Shown: positions 17,717 to 27,397, numbered from the stretch's first letter. The stretch: DNA of 64,000 bases from an uncultured Anaerolineales bacterium (GCA_964474695.1 CAYYTK010000002.1:43898-107897); one strand, 5' to 3'. Made by a program: numbers and translations. The notes: generated by a model not told the origin, from the letters alone.

Positions 17717-19462
17717 ATGTCTGACCATCCGTCGGCTCGCCGTGTCCTGGTCATCGGCCTGGACGGAGCCACCTTCAATGTCATTAAGCCGTTGATCGCC
17801 CAAGGGCGTCTGCCCACCCTGGCGCGCCTGATGCGTGAAGGAGCTCACGTCCCGTTGCGCTCCACCATCCAACCTTCTTCAGAGCAGGCCTGGGCCAGCT
17901 TCATGACCGGCGTGCAAAACGGCAAGCATGGCGTTTTCAGCTTCGTGCGACGACGGCCGGGGAGCTACGAATTCGAGTACATCAGCGGGCGGAACGTCCG
18001 CGCACCGGCGTTGTGGGATATCCTCTCAGACCGCGGCCGTCCGACGATCACCATCAACGTCCCCATGACTTATCCCCCGCATCCGGTGAAGGGTGTGCTC
18101 ATCGGTGGGCTGATGTCACCGGGGGAACACAGCCGCTTCACCTATCCGGATGGCATATACGAGGAGTTGTGCCAGGCCGTAGGCGGATACATTATCGATG
18201 TGGATATCGAGCGAGGCGACCTGACCCATGAGGAAGAGGTGCGGATGGTGGAGCAGGTGTTCGAGATGACACGTCTTCGGACGGCGGCCACGCTGCACCT
18301 GGCCCACACCCGCCCCTGGGACCTGCTCACGGTCGTCTACGGCTCGCCGGACCGGGTGTCGCACAAGTTCTGGAAATATATGGACCCGACGCATCCCCTC
18401 TACACTGCCGAAGGGGCCGCGGATTTCGGCGAGGTGATCCCTCGCGTGTACGAGGCGATGGACGCGGCCATCGCTGAGTTATTGGCGGACCTGGCCAATG
18501 AACAAACAACGGTCCTCATCTTGTCGGACCACGGTTTCGGGCCGATGCGCCACGCTGTCTACCTGAACAAGTGGTTGGCGCAGCATAGCTACCTGACCTA
18601 CAAGTCAACAAATGCCTCTCCGGCCCAGCAGGCGCGAGCGGCATTCGTCAAGACCATGCGGCGCGCCATGCGCTGGCTCGACAACCCGCTGCTGAGCTGG
18701 CTGAAAGCCCGCGCCTTCGAGCTGCGGCCGGCGCTGAAAAGCGCGCTCTTCTCATCGATGACCTTTGCCCAGGTGGACTGGTCCCGCACCCAGGCCTTTG
18801 CGGTTGGCACAATGGGCAATATCTACCTGAACGTGCGCGGGCGGGAGCCTGCCGGAATCATCGAGCCAGGGGCAGAATACGAGAAGCTTCGAGAGCGGCT
18901 GATGGCTGAGCTCGCGACCCTGACCGATGACACGACACAGGCGCCAGTGTTCAACGCGATCTATCGCCGGGAGGAGCTTTACCAGGGGCCGTATCTGGAA
19001 GAGGCTCCCGATATCGTCTGCCTGAAGGATGCCCGCTACCATGTTGCAGCAGTGGATTGGCGGACACGTCCCGATGATCGGGTGCTGGTGCCACTGCAAC
19101 AAGGGGAACTCCTTTTCGCCGCCGACGTCTCAGCGCAGCACGAGCTGGACGGCATCCTGATCGCCTGGGGGAACGAGGTGCGCGCGGGCAAATCGCTGGC
19201 CGGAGCCCGTATTGTGGACCTTGCCCCCACCATCCTGCAACTGCTCGAAGAACCGGCGCCAGAGGAGATGGATGGCGCTCCGCTGCTTGGAGAGTCCCTG
19301 AAAACTCTAACCAAGGACACGGAGATCAAGGCACAAGGATTTCCCGCGCCGGCTCCCACACCTGTCGTTGTAGACCGTGGGGAAAACCCGAGCGACGGCT
19401 ACACAGAGGCTGAGAAAGCGGAGCTAGAGGCCCATTTGCGCAGCCTGGGGTATCTGGACTAA
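17717..19462 (+). CDS. Alkaline-phosphatase-superfamily enzyme (type I phosphodiesterase / nucleotide pyrophosphatase family)
   Basis: VLVIGLDGATFNVIKPL (metal-ligand Asp region), ...GSPDRVSHKFW..., ...ILSDHGFGP. The gene follows the sulfotransferase after 18 nt. Confidence 0.8.
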   Translation: MSDHPSARRVLVIGLDGATFNVIKPLIAQGRLPTLARLMREGAHVPLRSTIQPSSEQAWASFMTGVQNGKHGVFSFVRRRPGSYEFEYISGRNVRAPALWDILSDRGRPTITINVPMTYPPHPVKGVLIGGLMSPGEHSRFTYPDGIYEELCQAVGGYIIDVDIERGDLTHEEEVRMVEQVFEMTRLRTAATLHLAHTRPWDLLTVVYGSPDRVSHKFWKYMDPTHPLYTAEGAADFGEVIPRVYEAMDAAIAELLADLANEQTTVLILSDHGFGPMRHAVYLNKWLAQHSYLTYKSTNASPAQQARAAFVKTMRRAMRWLDNPLLSWLKARAFELRPALKSALFSSMTFAQVDWSRTQAFAVGTMGNIYLNVRGREPAGIIEPGAEYEKLRERLMAELATLTDDTTQAPVFNAIYRREELYQGPYLEEAPDIVCLKDARYHVAAVDWRTRPDDRVLVPLQQGELLFAADVSAQHELDGILIAWGNEVRAGKSLAGARIVDLAPTILQLLEEPAPEEMDGAPLLGESLKTLTKDTEIKAQGFPAPAPTPVVVDRGENPSDGYTEAEKAELEAHLRSLGYLD

Positions 19463-19471
19463 CCCGCAGTT

Positions 19472-20500
19472 CTAGACGGATAAGTGGACCGGCTCACCGG
19501 TGCGTGCGGACTCGTACATGGCCAACACCAGCGCCAATGAGTTGCGCGCTTCGGGACCATTCGTTTTGGGTTCACGATCCTCGCGGACCGCTGCGATCAT
19601 GTCCGCAATCACTGCCCGGTGGCTGGTGCCGTAAACCGAAGGCGGGTCCACCTGTTCGCGCGTCAGCAATTCCCGTTCATGCTCCAGCTCCCCTGCCACC
19701 TTCCACAACACTTTTCGGTTCAGCGCGGTGCCGCCCACCTTGGCTGAACCGCGCTCGCCGAAAATGGCCACCGAACCTTCGAGGTTCTCCGGATAGGTGA
19801 CGGTCGAGCCTTCGACTGTGCCGAGCGCACCATTACGAAAACGGATCACAGCCACACCGACATCCTCAGCCTCCATACGATGCGCCAGCGTTCCGGTGTA
19901 GGCAAATACGCTCTCAGGCGCGCCGAGGAGCCATTGCAGCGCATCGATGTGATGGATCGACTGGTTCATCAGCGCGCCGCCATCCATAGCCCAGGTGCCG
20001 TGCCAGTCGTCCTCATAGTATTCCTGGGTGCGATACCAACGCACGGTCGCACTGCCGAGCAACAGCTTACCCAACGCGCCGGCATCCACCAGCCGCCGCA
20101 AATCTTGCATGGGTGGGTTGTAGCGGTTCTGCAACACCACGCACAGCTTGCGGTCTGCGGCCTTGGCCGCGGCAATCATCCGGTCGGCATCTGCCAGCGA
20201 CAGTGCGATCGGCTTCTCAACCAAGACGTGCTTGCCGGCAGCTAACGCGTCAACAGCCATCTGCGCGTGCAGGCCACTGGGCGCGCAGATATTCACGACA
20301 TCGATATCAGGGCGCGCCAATAGGGCATGGTAGTCGGTGTGCCCCTCGGCGCCTTGCCGCGCGGCGAACCGTTCCGCCCTGTCTTCGCGAATATCGGCCA
20401 CCGCGACAAGCCGGGCGCCCGGCAGGCTGGCGATCGATTCCGCATGGCGGGGCGCTACACGTCCGCAACCGATCAACCCGCATCTGAGTTCATCTGTCAT
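19472..20500 (-). CDS. Gfo/Idh/MocA family oxidoreductase
   Basis: Rossmann motif RCGLIGCGRVA close to the chosen ATG (20500), then EKPIALSLADADRM. The track start at 20536 would overlap the upstream GT4 gene by 29 nt. Confidence 0.85.
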   Translation of the reverse strand: MTDELRCGLIGCGRVAPRHAESIASLPGARLVAVADIREDRAERFAARQGAEGHTDYHALLARPDIDVVNICAPSGLHAQMAVDALAAGKHVLVEKPIALSLADADRMIAAAKAADRKLCVVLQNRYNPPMQDLRRLVDAGALGKLLLGSATVRWYRTQEYYEDDWHGTWAMDGGALMNQSIHHIDALQWLLGAPESVFAYTGTLAHRMEAEDVGVAVIRFRNGALGTVEGSTVTYPENLEGSVAIFGERGSAKVGGTALNRKVLWKVAGELEHERELLTREQVDPPSVYGTSHRAVIADMIAAVREDREPKTNGPEARNSLALVLAMYESARTGEPVHLSV

Positions 20501-20507
20501 TTCACAC

Positions 20508-21722
20508 TCATACGCAGCTTTCGTCAGGCGCACCATCGCACGCAGGCGCGTCCAAACCGTATAACGCCAGGGTCTGCCTCAAGACCGCCGGCCAGGCGAA
20601 GTGCTGGCGTGCAAACTCATAACCGTCTTGGCCGAGCCGCCTGGCCAGCGCCGGATCATCAAGCAGCCGCTCAAGCACATCTGCCAACGCCCGCGGATCG
20701 CGCTGCTCAACCAGCAAACCCGTCTCCTGATCAACGACAATATCCGAGATGCCCCCAACCCGGGTCGCCACGACAGGCTTGCGATAGCGCATCGCCTCCA
20801 ACGACACCATGCCCAACATCTCGGTGTCACCGCCGCTATCCACGATCGCGGGCAAAACAAATACCTGGCACCGCGCATAGAAGTCGTTCAGCACCTCATC
20901 GGAAACCCGACCCGCCAACGTCACCCGACCCGCCAGGTTGTAACGCTGGATGGCTGCCTCGAGCAGCGGCCGCTCATGGCCTTCGCCCACAATCACCAGG
21001 TGGGCCTCCGGGTGATGGGTCAGGAGTGACATCGCTTCTATCAGATACACCTGGCCCTTGCGTTCTACCAGACGGCCGACGTTCAAGATCAGCCCAGGCT
21101 CCGCGACTGCCTCGACTTCAGCGGGAGGCAGCTCGATGCCGTATGGAATAATGTACGGCTCCACACCGGCGATCTTGCGGGTCTCCTGAGCGGTGAAGGT
21201 CGAGATGGCGGCCACCGCGTCGCAATGCCGGGCGAAATACCGCACAAAAGAACGGAAAATACCGGACCGGCGGCTCAACACCAAGTCAGCTCCGTAAAAA
21301 GTGGCCACCAGCCGGCTACCCCCGGCACGCCGGGCGGCCAATCCCAACAGCCCCTGGGGCACCGGCCAATGCACATGGATCAGGTCGAACCGGCCTCGCC
21401 GCGCCAGGCGGTGCGCTGCCAGCAACCCAGCCAACAGGTAAAATGGCAGCAACAACAGGTAGAGGGGGTTGCGACGGATTTTGTTGGGAGCACCCTCATT
21501 GTGGGTCAAGGTCTCCCACCGCGCGGGCGCGTAGCGGAACCGATGCACCGGCATACCCTGGATCGTATGGGTCCGGCTGCCCGCATAGGCGGGTGCAAGC
21601 ACCTCGATCTCGAAGCCGCGCTCGCGCAGGAGCCCGAGCAGGTGAACCAGCCAAGGCGAGTGGGGGTCGCCTTCCCAGCGCGGGTAATTGGTGGTGACGA
21701 TCAGCAGCTTGGGCATAGTCAA
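20508..21722 (-). CDS. Glycosyltransferase family 4 (GT-B, group 1)
   Basis: LIVTTNYPRWEGDPHSPWL at the N-terminus and the C-terminal GT-B motif VFVLPAIVDSGGDTEMLGMVSLEAMRYRKPVVATRVGG. Confidence 0.85.
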   Translation of the reverse strand: MTMPKLLIVTTNYPRWEGDPHSPWLVHLLGLLRERGFEIEVLAPAYAGSRTHTIQGMPVHRFRYAPARWETLTHNEGAPNKIRRNPLYLLLLPFYLLAGLLAAHRLARRGRFDLIHVHWPVPQGLLGLAARRAGGSRLVATFYGADLVLSRRSGIFRSFVRYFARHCDAVAAISTFTAQETRKIAGVEPYIIPYGIELPPAEVEAVAEPGLILNVGRLVERKGQVYLIEAMSLLTHHPEAHLVIVGEGHERPLLEAAIQRYNLAGRVTLAGRVSDEVLNDFYARCQVFVLPAIVDSGGDTEMLGMVSLEAMRYRKPVVATRVGGISDIVVDQETGLLVEQRDPRALADVLERLLDDPALARRLGQDGYEFARQHFAWPAVLRQTLALYGLDAPACDGAPDESCV

Positions 21723-21755
21723 AGCCTGCCAGAAAGGGCTATCGGCGAATCCATC

Positions 21756-22712
21756 TCACCCGCCTTCATCCCGCCCAGCCCGAACCATCTGGTCCAGCTC
21801 TGTCAATTGGTCGGCCTGGCTGACGACCAACTCCGCAATGAAACCGACCAAGAACAGGAGGATGCCGACAATTGCCAGCCCGATCGCGGCCCAGAACACG
21901 GGACGGCGCTGCGTTTCGCGACTCAGCCACAACCACAGCAGCCAGGCAAAAGCCGATCCGCTGAGCAGCAACGAAGCCAGACCCAGGCCGCCGAAGAAAC
22001 GCATAGGCGCCCGGCTGAAGGTGAGCAGGAACCAGACCACCAACACGTCGAGCAACGAAATGGGGATGCGGCTGAAGCCGAACTTGGATCGGCCGGACCG
22101 GCGCTTGTGCCAGGGAGTTGCCACCTCACCGATGCGATAGCCCTGATGCGCGGCAATGTGCAGGATGAAACGATGCCAGTCAGATCGCAACGGGGGCAAC
22201 GATTCGATCACCTCACGGCGGAACCCCTTGATCCAGTTCATGTCGTGCAGACGGAGGCCAAACAGGCCGCGCGAAACGAGATTGTAGATGCCCGAGGCAA
22301 AGACCTTGCCCTCCTTGCGCCCTTGCCGCCAGCCGGCCACGACATCATAACCCTCCGCCAGCTTATCGAGCAACAAGGGGATGTCGGTCTCAGGATCGGA
22401 CTCCAGGTCAGCAGGCAAGAACAGGATCAGATCTCCGCGCACGGCACGGAACCCCGAACGCAAGGCGGCCGTCAGGCCCAGATTGCGGCGGTGGTGAATG
22501 ACGCGCAAGAAGGAATAGCCAACGCTTAGCTGATCGACCAACTCGCTGGTGCCGTCGGTGGATCCATCATCGATGAGCACAAGCTCCCCCTGGCCGGGAG
22601 CAAGCCCCCGTGCGGCAAAGGCCCGATCGACCCGAGCTACCAGTTCGGCCACGTTGCCGGCTTCATTGTGCGCGGGCACCAACACCGAAATCTCAGGATC
22701 CATTTGACTCAC
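21756..22712 (-). CDS. Glycosyltransferase family 2, polyprenol-phosphate sugar transferase-like (DPM1/GtrB/ArnC type)
   Basis: ISVLVPAHNEAGNV...LIDDGSTDGT...LPADLESDP, plus two C-terminal TM helices. Confidence 0.85.
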   Translation of the reverse strand: MSQMDPEISVLVPAHNEAGNVAELVARVDRAFAARGLAPGQGELVLIDDGSTDGTSELVDQLSVGYSFLRVIHHRRNLGLTAALRSGFRAVRGDLILFLPADLESDPETDIPLLLDKLAEGYDVVAGWRQGRKEGKVFASGIYNLVSRGLFGLRLHDMNWIKGFRREVIESLPPLRSDWHRFILHIAAHQGYRIGEVATPWHKRRSGRSKFGFSRIPISLLDVLVVWFLLTFSRAPMRFFGGLGLASLLLSGSAFAWLLWLWLSRETQRRPVFWAAIGLAIVGILLFLVGFIAELVVSQADQLTELDQMVRAGRDEGG

Positions 22713-22883
22713 TCATTGCGACAGGCCGTCCGAATCGAAGCGTTACGATGACGTCACACGGCGGGAGACACCGGCCACAGCCGGCTTACCTGCTCCGCTA
22801 TTATACGTGGGAAGTGGATGTTCACAAAGATGAGGGACGCGCTCATCCGGGGGCACAGGTATTGGACGGGGCGCTCACTGCGT

Positions 22884-24158
22884 CTACCGGCGATCAAGCA
22901 CGGAATGCAGCGCGGCAATCTCGCCTTGCACTAGATCAATCTCGGCCAGCACCTGCGGAGATACAAATGTCAGCTCCCGTGCGCGCATCAGCTCCAACTC
23001 CACCAGGCGCGTCCGCCGGGCGTTGAGTTGCGCAACCAACGAGCTGGTATCCTGCGGCTGTTGGCGCGCAAAGGCGCGGCGTAGGGCGGCATCAGACATA
23101 TCCAATGCAGGCATGACATCCAATTGCTCACCGGCTGCAGCGAGCCAATCGGCCAAAAAGGCATTGCCGATCTCGACGCGATCGTAGGCGCGACGCAGGT
23201 AACCCAGGGCCTCCAGATTATCCAGGCGTTGGCTTAGCTCGGCCGGACTGTCACCGGTCACTTTCAGCAGAAGAGTCTCATTGGCCAATGCCTCCCGATG
23301 AACGGCAAGCACTGCGCGACGATCAGCCTCAGTGAGTTGTAGAAAGTCGTGTTCGAAAAAGCCCGCCAGGATCGGCTCAACGCGCAGATCATCATCCTGC
23401 AAACCGCGCAGCGATCCATCCTCCAGGAAAAGCCTGGAGCAGAGCAACTGCAGCAACAGCGGATGATTGTTGGTGGCGTGCGAAATCGCCTCGACTGCCT
23501 CGGAAGTCACACGCACGCGTTCGGAAGCCTGCGCCTGTGTGATCAACGCCTCAGCGGCCGCGGGCGCCAGGCTGCCCAAGGCCCGAGACATGTCGAACCC
23601 GGACAGAAAAGGAGAAGTCGGCCAATCTCGGCACACATCGTGCATCCCATAGATGCGCCGGGTCGACGTCATCACCGCACGCAATCCCACCCCGGCAGTA
23701 AGCTGGCGGTGCAAACGCTGCATGGCTTCAGGCTCGGATCTGGCGATATTGATGAGCACCTCGGTCTCATCGCACAACAACAGGAGCTCACGACCGGCCC
23801 GCATGGCCAACCGGCGCAGGTTGACCAGCAAGGCGAGCGCATCTTCCTCATCCGCCAGGGCAGACAACATTCCGAGCGACTCAAGCAACTCCGCACGCTC
23901 CTGGAGTGCATCCGCCAGGTAGCGGCCCAGGCAGAGGAATGAACCGCACCCTTGCAGATCCCAAAAAATCGGCACGAACCGCTCCTCCGCCAGGGCCAGC
24001 ACCTCAAGCTGGCGCAGCAGCGACGTCTTGCCGATGCGCCGATTGCCTACCACCCAACAGGCACGACTTTCGCCATGCAACAAGTAGTCAAGCAGAGCCT
24101 CTCGGCCATAGTGCCTGCTTCCGGTCACATAGGAACCCGTCACATAAGGATTTCGCAC
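22884..24158 (-). CDS. Soluble STAND/AAA-type P-loop NTPase with C-terminal winged-helix-like and coiled-coil regions
   Basis: NPYVTGS..YGREALL pre-motif, Walker A GNRRIGKTS, Walker B LLLCDETE, then TSPFLSGF and HPLLLQLLC motifs. GTG start with GAGGAA 5 nt upstream, 26 nt after the stop of the upstream paralogue. Confidence 0.7.
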   Translation of the reverse strand: MRNPYVTGSYVTGSRHYGREALLDYLLHGESRACWVVGNRRIGKTSLLRQLEVLALAEERFVPIFWDLQGCGSFLCLGRYLADALQERAELLESLGMLSALADEEDALALLVNLRRLAMRAGRELLLLCDETEVLINIARSEPEAMQRLHRQLTAGVGLRAVMTSTRRIYGMHDVCRDWPTSPFLSGFDMSRALGSLAPAAAEALITQAQASERVRVTSEAVEAISHATNNHPLLLQLLCSRLFLEDGSLRGLQDDDLRVEPILAGFFEHDFLQLTEADRRAVLAVHREALANETLLLKVTGDSPAELSQRLDNLEALGYLRRAYDRVEIGNAFLADWLAAAGEQLDVMPALDMSDAALRRAFARQQPQDTSSLVAQLNARRTRLVELELMRARELTFVSPQVLAEIDLVQGEIAALHSVLDRR

Positions 24159-24184
24159 AGCATTCCTCGTAAGTTCAGCCCGTC

Positions 24185-27100
24185 CTAGCTGCCATAGCTG
24201 CGTTGAATGGCTTCATGCGCGGCCATCACATCCGCGAGAGTGATACGCAAGCGCTTAGCCGCTAACATCAAGTTCACCGCTTCGAGCGCATATTGTTGAA
24301 GGCGATGCGGCCGGCCCGCAGATTGATCGATCACGAAATCCAGCGCCTCCTGATCCCACTCATAGACGCCACGCACCGGCTCGGCCAACAACTTACGGGC
24401 TTGATCAGGGGGAAAAGGCTCCAGCTCGATTTCATTGAACAGATTGTACCAGGGACTCTCCAGGCGGTCCCATTCCTTGCTGATCTGGATACCCGCCACA
24501 ACTGCCCCCAGATTGGTTGCGAGAGCGCTCATAAAGACCCGGCGGAGCTGTTGTTGCACGAGCGTATTGTAACTGCTCAGCACATCCATCTCATCCATCA
24601 ACAAGATCACACGAAACTTGCGCGGCTCGACCACATCCTTAAGGCGATCCAGCAGGCCTCGAAGATCGGCCACGAAGTCGCGATCGTCGTATTCAACAGG
24701 TGCGACAGTCTGATAGTGGGGGACAAAGGTATCGTCGGTGAGATAGCCCTGCAGCGCGCCCCAGATAGCATCCATCAAATGATGAAAGAACTGCTCCTCC
24801 GGCGTGCCTTCCAGGTCGACGTAGACCGGCACGAAAACCCACTCGGGATCTTCCGCCTGACGCAGTTGATCGGCCAGTTGATAGAGCAACGTGGTTTTCC
24901 CCATCCGCCGCTCGCCATGAATCATGATGCTGTTCTGATGCAAGGCGTTAAAAATGCGCCGCAGCAACTCGTCACGCCCGAAGAACATGTCCGCCTGGCG
25001 AATGGGCTCGCCGGAGATGTACGGATTGAACGCACGCGCCAGCGCTTCGCGCTGCCGCTCAGCCGTTTCTGCTGCCATCTTTCGAGCGCGGGCCCGGGCA
25101 CGCAGGCCAATGCCGCTGCTGGCGCCCATGCCCGCCACGGCCAGGACCCCCAGCGCTACGAACGGATAGAACACATCGGCCCGCACGCGCTGACCGCCGG
25201 GCAGCCTCACCAATTGCGGTATCACAATGTTAACCTCCGCCGATTGGGAGTAGTTGAACGCAGCATCACGCGCAGTCACGCGCAGAACGTAGGTGCCCGC
25301 TGACAATGTCCGGCTATTATAGGAGGTGATTTGCGCATCGGTGTGAATCTGGGGGACCACATCAACGCCCGATAGTTGCGTCAGGTAGATCAGATCCTTC
25401 GCGCGAGTCGCCAAGTCGCCGCCTTGCACTCGCACGATCTGAATAAGATCGCTATCGAATGTCACACTGCCATCGTGAGGCGTTTGAAGGTTGACCGACT
25501 CGATCTCAACCCAGGGCAGGGATCGCTCCGGCCTGTGGCGCACCAGTCCACTGGTGGTGCCGATCCAAGCCGATCCCTCCGACCCGGCAGCAACGGCTGT
25601 CACCCAGCCGTCAGGCAGGACATCTCCGGCATAGCTCTGCCAGGTCGTGCCATCAAATCGCGTCACCCCCTGGCGGGTGCCCACCCACAGGCCATCCGCC
25701 GCATCGAGCGACAGCACCTTGGGACTGGCCAGATTCATATCCATCCGTTCCCAACGCTCGTCGCGATAGCGCCACAGTCCATCATTGTAGGTGCCCACCC
25801 ACAGGCTGCCGTCCTCAGTCTCCCCAACGCCATCGACGACCACATCGTTCACACTCGCGCCGCTTGAGCCTGCAAACGTTTGCCATTGGCCCTCGACTCG
25901 CCGCAGCATGCCATCCGACCGGGTTCCGAACCACAAAACGCCGTCAGCAGCCTGATACACGGCATTGACGCGTTTGCCTTCCAGTTCGACCACGCGCTCG
26001 AATCCGCCGGACTCAGTCCACCGCACGGCGCCCTGCCCAGATGCCAGCCACACGCCATCCTGCGCATCCTCGGCAAAGGCAAACACCGGGGGGCCAATCA
26101 AATCCGATCCTGCCAATGGTTCGAACTGCCACGATTGCGCCGATTGTGTCAAGAACCCCACAGTTGTGCCCGTCGAAACCCAGATACGGCCGGCCTTATC
26201 CTCAAACAGCGCCACGATCCGATCGTCGAGCAGATCCTCGCCAGCAGATAGCCTCTGCCAGCTTTCCCCGTCCCATAGGGCCAGGCCCTTGGACTCAGTC
26301 GCCGCCCACACGCGCTGCTCCCGATCGACCAACACGGCGTTGATGCGCTGCCCACTCACAGGCTCGTCCGTCACAACCTGCCAGATAATGCCGGCATAGC
26401 GATTCACGCCGCCGATGGTGCCCAGCCATAGCGCACGATCGCGATCGATAGCCATTGCGCGCACATAGTCATTGACAAGACCACCCGACTTTGCACGCAG
26501 ATGCGTTACGGGCAGGCCGTCCTGCCGGCCATCGGGATCATGGATTACCCCTCGATCAGTGCCCACCCACAGGCCGCCCTGCGGATCACGGACAATGGAC
26601 AACACCGGCAAACGGCTGTCATCTTCAGTCAGCGGAAACTGCACCCAGCTTCCGCTCGCTCGATGCACAAGTCCATGCGACGTGCCCACCCACACGTCGT
26701 CGGCTCCTTCAGGCCAGAGCACATAAAGATCCCCCTGGAGCAGGGCATCTTCGTCCGCAACCCACCGCCCATCGCCGTCACCGCGCCATATCCCGCGCCC
26801 CTGCACTCCTACCAACAAGTGATCATCGAACGTAAGCGCCAGGGCCTGGATGTTGCCCTGCGGAATGCCGCTCGCAGCTTCCACCCTCTCGGGGTCCACG
26901 TAGACAAGCCCTTGAGAAGTGCCGGCCCAGACACCTTGCCTGTCATGATCGACGGCAGGCGCCAGGCTGAGAATATCATCCGATGGAAGCCCATCATTCT
27001 GAGTCCAGACAGTGCAACGTTCGCTCCCGGGCGCAAGCCGCGCCAGGCCCGAGCTTGTGGCAAACCAGAGCGCGCCATCGTCAGTCTGGGCGATTGCGTG

Positions 27101-27373
27101 CACTTTGCCTGGCGGCAGACCATCCGCCTCAGAGTACCAACGCCATTCGCCGGTGTAGCGGGCTGCCCCGGTGTCGGCGCCGAACCAGAGCGCACCATCC
27201 TGTGCTACCAGAACGGACAGGATATTGCCGGAACGAAGGCCATCCGCAACGGTAAAAGTTGACCAAAGCGAAGCCGGGCCTTCGGCAGCTTGTGCCGGCG
27301 GCAATCCCAAAAACAAAAGGAATACCAACAACCAGAAACTGATCCGCCTCGGCACCTTAATATTACTAAGCAT
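24185..27373 (-). CDS. Membrane protein: signal peptide, extracytoplasmic two-component-regulator-propeller (Reg_prop-like) repeats, Y_Y_Y-like Ig domain, one TM helix, and a cytoplasmic STAND/AAA-type P-loop NTPase
   Basis: At least 10 repeats of the DG.LW.GT..GL.R type span aa ~40-620. An Ig-like segment (AGTYVLRVTARDAAFNYS) follows, then a TM helix VFYPFVALGVLAVAGMGASSGIGL (nt ~25106-25174). The cytoplasmic part carries NPYISGEP...FFGRDEL, Walker A GERRMGKTT (nt 24890-24916), Walker B ILLMDEMD and SPWYNLF. I prefer ATG 27373; the track uses TTG 27379. Confidence 0.75.
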   Translation of the reverse strand: MLSNIKVPRRISFWLLVFLLFLGLPPAQAAEGPASLWSTFTVADGLRSGNILSVLVAQDGALWFGADTGAARYTGEWRWYSEADGLPPGKVHAIAQTDDGALWFATSSGLARLAPGSERCTVWTQNDGLPSDDILSLAPAVDHDRQGVWAGTSQGLVYVDPERVEAASGIPQGNIQALALTFDDHLLVGVQGRGIWRGDGDGRWVADEDALLQGDLYVLWPEGADDVWVGTSHGLVHRASGSWVQFPLTEDDSRLPVLSIVRDPQGGLWVGTDRGVIHDPDGRQDGLPVTHLRAKSGGLVNDYVRAMAIDRDRALWLGTIGGVNRYAGIIWQVVTDEPVSGQRINAVLVDREQRVWAATESKGLALWDGESWQRLSAGEDLLDDRIVALFEDKAGRIWVSTGTTVGFLTQSAQSWQFEPLAGSDLIGPPVFAFAEDAQDGVWLASGQGAVRWTESGGFERVVELEGKRVNAVYQAADGVLWFGTRSDGMLRRVEGQWQTFAGSSGASVNDVVVDGVGETEDGSLWVGTYNDGLWRYRDERWERMDMNLASPKVLSLDAADGLWVGTRQGVTRFDGTTWQSYAGDVLPDGWVTAVAAGSEGSAWIGTTSGLVRHRPERSLPWVEIESVNLQTPHDGSVTFDSDLIQIVRVQGGDLATRAKDLIYLTQLSGVDVVPQIHTDAQITSYNSRTLSAGTYVLRVTARDAAFNYSQSAEVNIVIPQLVRLPGGQRVRADVFYPFVALGVLAVAGMGASSGIGLRARARARKMAAETAERQREALARAFNPYISGEPIRQADMFFGRDELLRRIFNALHQNSIMIHGERRMGKTTLLYQLADQLRQAEDPEWVFVPVYVDLEGTPEEQFFHHLMDAIWGALQGYLTDDTFVPHYQTVAPVEYDDRDFVADLRGLLDRLKDVVEPRKFRVILLMDEMDVLSSYNTLVQQQLRRVFMSALATNLGAVVAGIQISKEWDRLESPWYNLFNEIELEPFPPDQARKLLAEPVRGVYEWDQEALDFVIDQSAGRPHRLQQYALEAVNLMLAAKRLRITLADVMAAHEAIQRSYGS

Positions 27374-27397
27374 AGACAATCACCCGCACGGGAGATA

